DNA from: Candidatus Falkowbacteria bacterium
Lineage (GTDB): Bacteria > Patescibacteriota > Patescibacteriia > UBA11705 > JACRDX01
Assembly (NCBI GenBank): GCA_043798985.1
Contig: JAZDOE010000002.1
Span: 22,500-86,499 of the forward strand
Length of the DNA stretch: 64,000 nt
Direction: 5' to 3'
Part shown: one piece after another, positions 58,101-64,000 of the stretch
Numbering within the stretch: the stretch's first letter is position 1
Layout of the letters: each line of letters starts with the position of its first letter
Position numbers and translations under genes: made by a program
The notes under the pieces: model-generated
Seen by the model: only the letters and a program-made list of their open reading frames with translations
What the model was told of the DNA's origin: nothing
Databases searched by the model: none

Positions 58101-59942
58101 TTACAAACCGCAACCAGCAACTAACTCTGGTTTGCAAATACCGGTTTTTGGATCAGGACAGCATGATGCCGTAGTGTTCAAGCAGTTCGGACCTTTACAC
58201 GGCCGATAACAATTTTGCAATAAATCGCGCACTCCACTTGTGACGATAGAATAATATTTAAATGCCGGCGTTTTTTCCGGAGCTTTATCAAAGTCTCCGT
58301 GCTGAATGTTAATCCTCGCGCTTGAAAGAACCTTATCTTGCTTTTCTCTATCTTCAATCTTCATTGAATACCACTTTTCCCACTTGTCACCTTTTAATAT
58401 TACATTGCCAAACAAACTGTCAGCGCTCATCGGTGAATCAAAGAAAATTGAAACAATGGCAGTCAAATCAACATTGCCCGCGTTAAGATTTGGAAAAACC
58501 TCGTCTATTATCGGCGGAAAGACATCAATTTCTCCGCTTGTGCTGAACAACCAATTATAATTATCAGCGGGCGGTCCTTCGCTCACGCCATTATGATTGC
58601 CATCCAAAGAATTTCCAGCGCCATCAACAATGCCCTTTGGTGGAAAAAGCGCCATTGGCGGCTCACTGGACAATTGGCCTGCCTTTATTGTCACGCCAAT
58701 TGTCGCGTCAGCTGGCAGACAATAAATTTTTTCGCCGCACGAATTTACTTTCACGCCCTCGCATTCTTTGTCCGTGATAAATTCAACGGTGCGAAATCCA
58801 TTTAACCCAACTTTAAAATTTCCAGAAATATATCCATTGTTGGTTTTCAAATAAATCTCATTATCAGCATCAGCGCCAGTGCCTCCGGCTGTCTGATGGA
58901 ACGGCGGAATAATCGCCTCGCTAAAATTCATCTGAATAATATGGTTGCGCGCCACTTTGTCCGGCCCAAGCGGGATAACGGATTTAACGTATGGCGGCGT
59001 CTGGTCAATGGTAGTTCCTGTTGTGAACATCCACGCGTAATCAGGCGATTTGCCCTCAAAAATTGTTTTTTTACTGCCATCTCTCAAAATGTTTTGCGTC
59101 AAATAAACAACATACGAAACATCTTCCGTAGAAGAACCAAGATATTTTTTCGGATCTTCCGGATTATATGGATTAAAAACAAAAATCTTGTGATCTTCGC
59201 TCACTGTCATAATACCGTCTTTTATCAATTTCTCATCGTCCTGCGGCCACTGATTTTTTTCCTGATCTTTAAGCAAATAAATCTTTATATTGTTGGAATT
59301 TAACCGACCGCAAATTGTTTTTTCCTCGCACTTTAAATTCGCGTCAGTTGTTAAAACAGAATTCGGATCAAATGCCGCGCCAAATCGCACCATAATATTC
59401 GTGTTCCGCGCAACGTCAGTCGCGTTGCGTCCGGGCCAATGATCAGCAACCACTTTTCCAAGCGCGCCGCCGCCCAATCCGCCGCCGCCAACATCCACCA
59501 CTGAACCTTCGATTGAAGAAACAATAGGAATGCCGTGCGTAATAGCCAGCAAACGACTCAAAATAAAACTCACGATTGAATACGAAAAGAAAATAATCAG
59601 TAAACCAATTACTCCGTTTGTCAGCCATTTTTTCGCCTTGCCAACTTTAGTCGGATCACCGCCAGATGTCATCCACAAATAGCCCGCGTACAAAACAATA
59701 CAAAGCGCGATCAGCCCGATAAAACCCAACGCAATGCGAATAAGTTTCGCGATAATCACACGAATGTCTCCGGTTGGCAAACCTGTTTGCTCCTGAATCG
59801 GCTGAATATCTGTTGTCATGTCAATTTGCGCGGCAGCAATGAAAGGTATTAAAAAAACAGCTGCCGCGCCAAAAACAAACAACGCTGAGACAGCTGTCTT
59901 TTTATTAAAAAACCTTTTGATTGTTTTTTGTTTGGGAAGCAT
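58101..59942 (-). CDS. Pilin-anchored protein with Ig-like (Big_5-type) domains
   Basis: ALGFIGLIALCIVLYAGYLWMTSGGD..KV.KAKK.L.NGVIGL; P...ATDV..N..I...F repeats. Confidence 0.8.
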   Translation of the reverse strand: MLPKQKTIKRFFNKKTAVSALFVFGAAAVFLIPFIAAAQIDMTTDIQPIQEQTGLPTGDIRVIIAKLIRIALGFIGLIALCIVLYAGYLWMTSGGDPTKVGKAKKWLTNGVIGLLIIFFSYSIVSFILSRLLAITHGIPIVSSIEGSVVDVGGGGLGGGALGKVVADHWPGRNATDVARNTNIMVRFGAAFDPNSVLTTDANLKCEEKTICGRLNSNNIKIYLLKDQEKNQWPQDDEKLIKDGIMTVSEDHKIFVFNPYNPEDPKKYLGSSTEDVSYVVYLTQNILRDGSKKTIFEGKSPDYAWMFTTGTTIDQTPPYVKSVIPLGPDKVARNHIIQMNFSEAIIPPFHQTAGGTGADADNEIYLKTNNGYISGNFKVGLNGFRTVEFITDKECEGVKVNSCGEKIYCLPADATIGVTIKAGQLSSEPPMALFPPKGIVDGAGNSLDGNHNGVSEGPPADNYNWLFSTSGEIDVFPPIIDEVFPNLNAGNVDLTAIVSIFFDSPMSADSLFGNVILKGDKWEKWYSMKIEDREKQDKVLSSARINIQHGDFDKAPEKTPAFKYYSIVTSGVRDLLQNCYRPCKGPNCLNTTASCCPDPKTGICKPELVAGCGL

Positions 59943-59986
59943 GGGAACCCAACTTAAAAACTACCCTCAACCTACCCTGCTACAAG

Positions 59987-60436
59987 CTACAAGCTTTCTT
60001 TTATAATACCGCCGGCAACTTTGCCGTCAATTTGCCCGGGATATTTTAGCATTACTGTTTTCATGATAGCGCCGAAATTTTTGCGATCTTTTTCAGGCAT
60101 TTTAGCAATTGTCTCTACAATCTTTGCTTTCAATTCTTCCGCGCTGATTTGGCGCGGCAAATATTTTTCAATGATTGTTAATTCTGCTTTTTCCTTATCC
60201 GCCAAATCAGCGCGGTTATTTTGTTCAAAAATCTCAATTGATTCTTTGCGCTTTTTTGATTCGGTTTTAAAAACGGCCACAACTTCTTCGTCGCTCAATT
60301 GTTCCAGCGGTTTGATCATTTCAACCGCTTTGTTTTTCAGAGATGTTTTTAACATTCGCAAAACGCCAAGTTTCATTTCATCTTTAGCAATCATCGCGGC
60401 TTTCAAATCAATGTCTATTTGTTGTATTAGAGACAT
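59987..60436 (-). CDS. yqeY: GatB/YqeY domain protein
   Basis: DLKAAMIAKD..KL.VLRML, KKRKESIE.F...R.DL, YLP.Q; follows rpsU. Confidence 0.9.
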   Translation of the reverse strand: MSLIQQIDIDLKAAMIAKDEMKLGVLRMLKTSLKNKAVEMIKPLEQLSDEEVVAVFKTESKKRKESIEIFEQNNRADLADKEKAELTIIEKYLPRQISAEELKAKIVETIAKMPEKDRKNFGAIMKTVMLKYPGQIDGKVAGGIIKESL

Positions 60437-60440
60437 AAAA

Positions 60441-60689
60441 TTATCTGCGTCTCTTTTTCTTTTTATCGTCCTCTTTCAAAAGACCCATTTTTTGCAGATG
60501 TTCTCTTTGCCCGGTAATCTTCATGCGATAAAGCGCGCTGGCGCGCCGCGCGTTGCGATTTTCACCCTTGCGCAAAAAGCGCACTTTTTTAAACTGCAAC
60601 AAAACGCCGCTCTGCATTATTCTTTTATTAAACCTGCGCAATAAAGATTCAAAGGTTTCGCTCCTTTTTTTCTTAACTTCCACTGGCAT
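60441..60689 (-). CDS. rpsU: 30S ribosomal protein S21
   Basis: VEVKKK..ETFESLLRRFNKRI..SG; rpsU-yqeY synteny. Confidence 0.85.
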   Translation of the reverse strand: MPVEVKKKRSETFESLLRRFNKRIMQSGVLLQFKKVRFLRKGENRNARRASALYRMKITGQREHLQKMGLLKEDDKKKKRRR

Positions 60690-60751
60690 ATTTTCTATCC
60701 CCTTTCTATATTTAAATTATAGCGAAAGTATACAAGAATCGCAACTATAAA

Positions 60752-62122
60752 TCAATATCTGGATTTTGAGCGCCGCGTATTTATCTCATGCAACTTTTTT
60801 CTAATGTCTATTTTCACTTTATCAAAATTAACAACTTCCTGCGCTCCGCTTTCAGCGTCGCGCAAAATAATCGTGTTTTCCATCATTTCTTTATGCGCCA
60901 AAATCAGAATTAATTTTGCTTCAACTTTTTTCGCGTGTTCAAGCTGGCTCTTTAAACTATTTCGCGTAAAATTCGCTTTGACCGAATAACCTTCTTTTCG
61001 CAAATCTTCAAAAAACACCATTGCTTTGCGTTTTGCTGTTTCTGCCAATTGCGCCAGATAAACATCTGTTCCCGGACGTTCTGGCGCCACAATTTTATTT
61101 TCGCGTAGCAAACGGATTACTTTTTCCGCGACCAAACTGATGCCAACAGCTGGAATAGACTCGCCGCCAAGCATTTGCACCAAATTGTCATGCCGCGATC
61201 CTTTTGCAAGCAACAAACTTTTTTTTGCGCCAGTCGCGCCAACGGCGGGACCAGCTTCATTGAATCTCATTTCAAAAATCGTGCGATTTTGATAATCAAA
61301 ATCTCTGATCAGCCAAGGGTTCAGTTGATACGGCACTTTCAAATCATCAAGCGCTTCAACAACTTTAAAATAGTGATCCTTGCATTCTTGGCACAGCCAA
61401 TCAACAACCTGCGGCGCGTCTTCTCTGATTTTTTGGCAACGCACGTTTTCGCATTCCAAAACATCAAAAATTCTGCGACCCAAATTATTTTTGCATTTCA
61501 CGCACAAGCCGGCTTTTTTCGGCCGATAATACGCTTGTAGCGCTTTTTCATAATTTTCAATACAATTCAGACAACCGCAACTGTTCAAAATAACGGTTGG
61601 TTCAGCGTTAATCCGCTTGAACAAATTGTAAAAAATAAAAATCAATTCAGCTTCCGTTGACCCTGCTTTATTGCCAAAAACTTCCAACGTAAATTCGTTT
61701 GCCTGACGCAAATTTCCAATATACTCATCCTCAACTCCGCGAAAAATCTTGCCAAAAGAAAAAACTTTCAAAATTGAATTCTGGTTTCCCAAATTATGTT
61801 CAATAAACGCGCGCGCCAATGCCGGAATGGTGTCTGGCTTCAAAATGAATTTTTCATTTTTTTGCAAAAAACTGGCGATTCCATTTGGCACCAATTTGTT
61901 GCCGCGCCCTAAAGTGTGTCCAAAAAGTTCAGGCCGCTCCATCATTGGCGTGTCAATATATTGAAACGTGTAGTCTTGCGCGATATCAAAAATATTGCGC
62001 AACAAGCCCATCCAAAATTTGTCTTCTGTTGGTAGCGCGTCCTTTGTCCCCTGAAACAATGCGGGCGTTTTAATTTGTTTAACGTGTTTTATTTCCAGTT
62101 CACTTTTTTTACGTCGAGGCAT
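60752..62122 (-). CDS. Histidyl-tRNA-synthetase paralogue with degenerate catalytic motifs
   Basis: Full HisRS layout (GTKD.LP, I.TP..E, anticodon domain SLKSQL..A) but KPDTI, RDFDYQ, KGSRHD and VAEK replace the canonical motifs. Confidence 0.8.
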   Translation of the reverse strand: MPRRKKSELEIKHVKQIKTPALFQGTKDALPTEDKFWMGLLRNIFDIAQDYTFQYIDTPMMERPELFGHTLGRGNKLVPNGIASFLQKNEKFILKPDTIPALARAFIEHNLGNQNSILKVFSFGKIFRGVEDEYIGNLRQANEFTLEVFGNKAGSTEAELIFIFYNLFKRINAEPTVILNSCGCLNCIENYEKALQAYYRPKKAGLCVKCKNNLGRRIFDVLECENVRCQKIREDAPQVVDWLCQECKDHYFKVVEALDDLKVPYQLNPWLIRDFDYQNRTIFEMRFNEAGPAVGATGAKKSLLLAKGSRHDNLVQMLGGESIPAVGISLVAEKVIRLLRENKIVAPERPGTDVYLAQLAETAKRKAMVFFEDLRKEGYSVKANFTRNSLKSQLEHAKKVEAKLILILAHKEMMENTIILRDAESGAQEVVNFDKVKIDIRKKLHEINTRRSKSRY

Positions 62123-62217
62123 AGATTTGAAATTTCAAATGACAAATATCAAATAACAAATTTTGGATTTTGAACTTTGACATTGAATTGACATTTGACC
62201 TTTGGTATTTGACATTC

Positions 62218-62814
62218 TTAAAAATTGTAATCAATTGTCCCAAATGTTGCCACTCTGTTGAACGGCCATCCGCGCACCCACGCTTTGCCGATTATAAGTT
62301 TTTGGTCAACCGGGCCGAACGAGCGCGAATCCAGCGAAAACTCACGGTTATCGCCCAAAACATAATATTCGTTTTCAGCCAACTGCCAACCATAATCGCC
62401 GTTTGTCCTGACGTCCGTTGGCAAATATTGCGTTTCATCCAATAAATATTTTTTCTCATCTTTATAAATATAAACATGCCCGTCTTTCACTTCAATTTTT
62501 TCGCCGGGCAAACCAACAATTCTTTTTATAAAATATTGTGACTGGTCCTTTGGATATTTGAAAACAACAATGTCGCCTCTCTGCGGATCATCAATGCGAT
62601 AACCTATTTCATTAATAATAAGGTACTCGTGGTCAAAAAAATTCGGTTCCATTGACGCGCCCTTAACGTAAAATGGCTGTATTAAAAAATAACGGACAGG
62701 AATAATTATTGCCAGCGAAATGCAGACAACTTTTACCATGTCCCAAACATTTATCAATATTTTTTTACGAACGCTGACGCTATTGTTTTGCGGATTTCCT
62801 GTATTCAATAACAT
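62218..62814 (-). CDS. lepB: Signal peptidase I
   Basis: VKGASMEP, RGDIVVF, FIKRIVGLPGE and GDNR..S.DSR.FG motifs. Confidence 0.95.
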   Translation of the reverse strand: MLLNTGNPQNNSVSVRKKILINVWDMVKVVCISLAIIIPVRYFLIQPFYVKGASMEPNFFDHEYLIINEIGYRIDDPQRGDIVVFKYPKDQSQYFIKRIVGLPGEKIEVKDGHVYIYKDEKKYLLDETQYLPTDVRTNGDYGWQLAENEYYVLGDNREFSLDSRSFGPVDQKLIIGKAWVRGWPFNRVATFGTIDYNF

Positions 62815-62821
62815 AAAAAAG

Positions 62822-63046
62822 TAAATTCTAAATAAGAAATCCGAAATACTAAACCCTCCATAGGCGGGCAGGCAAGCGCGAAGCACCCCGGCCTCGCCTC
62901 GGCTCGGCCGAGGGCGGGCGAAATCACAATGTTTCAACATTGGGACATTCTGATTTCTAATTTGCCTGCCTGCCGGTAGGCAGGTTTCGGATTTCGACTC
63001 GCCTCGCTGAAGCTATGGCGAAGCGGGTATTCGGATTTCGAATTTT
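62822..63046. repeat. Composite intergenic repeat: AT-rich element with several nested GC palindromes
   Basis: aatgtttcaacattgg core; cctgcctgccggtaggcagg (62965-62984); gactcgcctcgc...gaagcggg shared with the prfB/nrdD inserts. Confidence 0.7.
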
Positions 63047-63096
63047 TATTATCATAACAAAATTTTTCAGAACAATCAAACATTCAACCTGTGCGC

Positions 63097-63138
63097 TAAA
63101 AATAATTCCGCCCATTTGTAGTCTATGGACGGAATTAT
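63097..63138 (-). terminator. Hairpin/terminator 3' of the DGR template repeat
   Basis: Minus strand ataattccgtccat-agactacaa-atgggcggaattat-tttt (14-bp stem). Confidence 0.7.
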
Positions 63139-63153
63139 CCAAATGAAGAGAGA

Positions 63154-63276
63154 CTTCGCCGCGAACCCCGAAACCGAGCCGTAGTTATCATTAGCATTAT
63201 CAATCTCATTAGCGTCAAAGTTGACCTTGTTATCATTGAAGTTGAAATACGGCGCGCACGACCAAACACCAGCGGA
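63154..63276 (-). mobile_element. DGR template repeat (TR)
   Basis: 123-bp gap-free match to 63679-63801; 17 of 18 mismatches at TR adenines; AAC/AAT-rich. Confidence 0.95.
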
Positions 63277-63589
63277 TCCGCAATAAATTGTCTTTGTCCA
63301 TCTATAATCACCAAACCGCGAGAATTAATTTCATCAAAGATAAACTATGCGCTCTTGGTTTTGAATTTTATCCGGCGGCACGCCACTAAATGGCGACCCG
63401 CGCCAGACAAAGACAAGCAGTATCTCTTCAAGAACAGCACGCTCTTGAAAGCCTCGCCCACTGCTGTGGCAATCTTAGCCGTCAAGACTCTGGCTGCATT
63501 TCTCTTGAACGAGAAGCTTCGGCGATTCCAATCGCGTGGACGGGAATGCATTAGCCTAAGCGGTATAATTTTAACATGCCATAAAAAAA

Positions 63590-63615
63590 GAGGCAATTCG
63601 CGTTGCGAATTGCCT
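63590..63615 (-). terminator. Hairpin downstream of VR (terminator and/or DGR target-recognition hairpin)
   Basis: aggcaattcgc-aac-gcgaattgcct followed by T run on the minus strand. Confidence 0.75.
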
Positions 63616-63675
63616 GAAAAAAAGCAAAGATCAAGGAGTCAAAAGCACCAAGGGTTCAAGATGTCAAGGTGCAAA

Positions 63676-64000
63676 TTACTGCGCCGCGAACCCCGAAACC
63701 GAGCCGTAGTAAACATTAGCAGCATCAAGCCCATCAGCGCCAAAGTCGACCTCGCGACCATGGAAGTAGAAAGCCGGCGCGCACGACCAAACACCAGCGG
63801 AATTCGGATCAAACTCGTCGCCCGCGCAATCAATCCACAAGTCATTGCAATCCTGCAATCTCTCTGGATGCGTCAGCAGCATGATTCCCGTTGCGAACGC
63901 TCCCAGCCCGAACTCGTTGCAAGAAAACACTTCTCTTGCTCTGCGGACAGATTTGCCCCGATGCTGAATTCCGAACTGTGCCGCCACAATCAGGATATCC
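63676..64000 (-). CDS. DGR target protein, C-terminal part (gene runs off the window edge)
   Basis: Open frame to the edge (DILIVAAQFG...); ends in VR-encoded ...YYGSVSGFAAQ*. Confidence 0.88.
   Translation of the reverse strand, partial: DILIVAAQFGIQHRGKSVRRAREVFSCNEFGLGAFATGIMLLTHPERLQDCNDLWIDCAGDEFDPNSAGVWSCAPAFYFHGREVDFGADGLDAANVYYGSVSGFAAQ
63679..63801 (-). repeat. DGR variable repeat (VR) at the 3' end of the target gene
   Basis: A-to-N diversified copy of the TR, ending at the stop codon. Confidence 0.95.

Noticed and set aside
58058-58101. CRISPR or tandem array from caaatga repeats
   Set aside because: Short heptamer repeats without unique spacers; no cas genes in the window.
63345-63596. 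83-aa ORF as DGR accessory protein Avd
   Set aside because: No resemblance to the helical Avd family, no RBS, and the start lies within the terminator hairpin.

Overview
Bacterial chromosomal window, standard genetic code. Gene content points to a Patescibacteria/CPR genome (Parcubacteria/ABY1-like), which is an inference. The core is housekeeping: miaB, mraY-murD-ftsW, rpmA, murA, lysS, rsmA, prfB, ddl, htrA, nrdD/nrdG, ftsZ/ftsA, dgkA, ybeY, yqeY, rpsU, a degenerate hisS paralogue and lepB. There are also giant cysteine-rich and pilin-anchored surface proteins (3383, 2206 and 613 aa). Most notable: (1) at the right edge, a diversity-generating retroelement TR/VR pair (123 bp; 17 of 18 mismatches at TR adenines). 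The TR lies in what looks like a self-contained structured RNA unit, with no RT or Avd gene beside it. (2) A ~480-nt ORF-free, hairpin-rich region (8400-8880, minus strand) between a perfect sigma70 promoter and a terminator, a candidate large ncRNA. (3) Integrase-free accessory islands bounded by duplicated ends of neighbouring genes (lysS, rsmA, prfB, DUF3850), carrying radical SAM, CYTH, Nmad3, NYN, Bro-N and HicAB cargo. (4) A two-intein class III RNR whose glycyl-radical domain is a separate gene. (5) A GC-rich palindromic repeat inserted in-frame into prfB, nrdD and probably ybeY.
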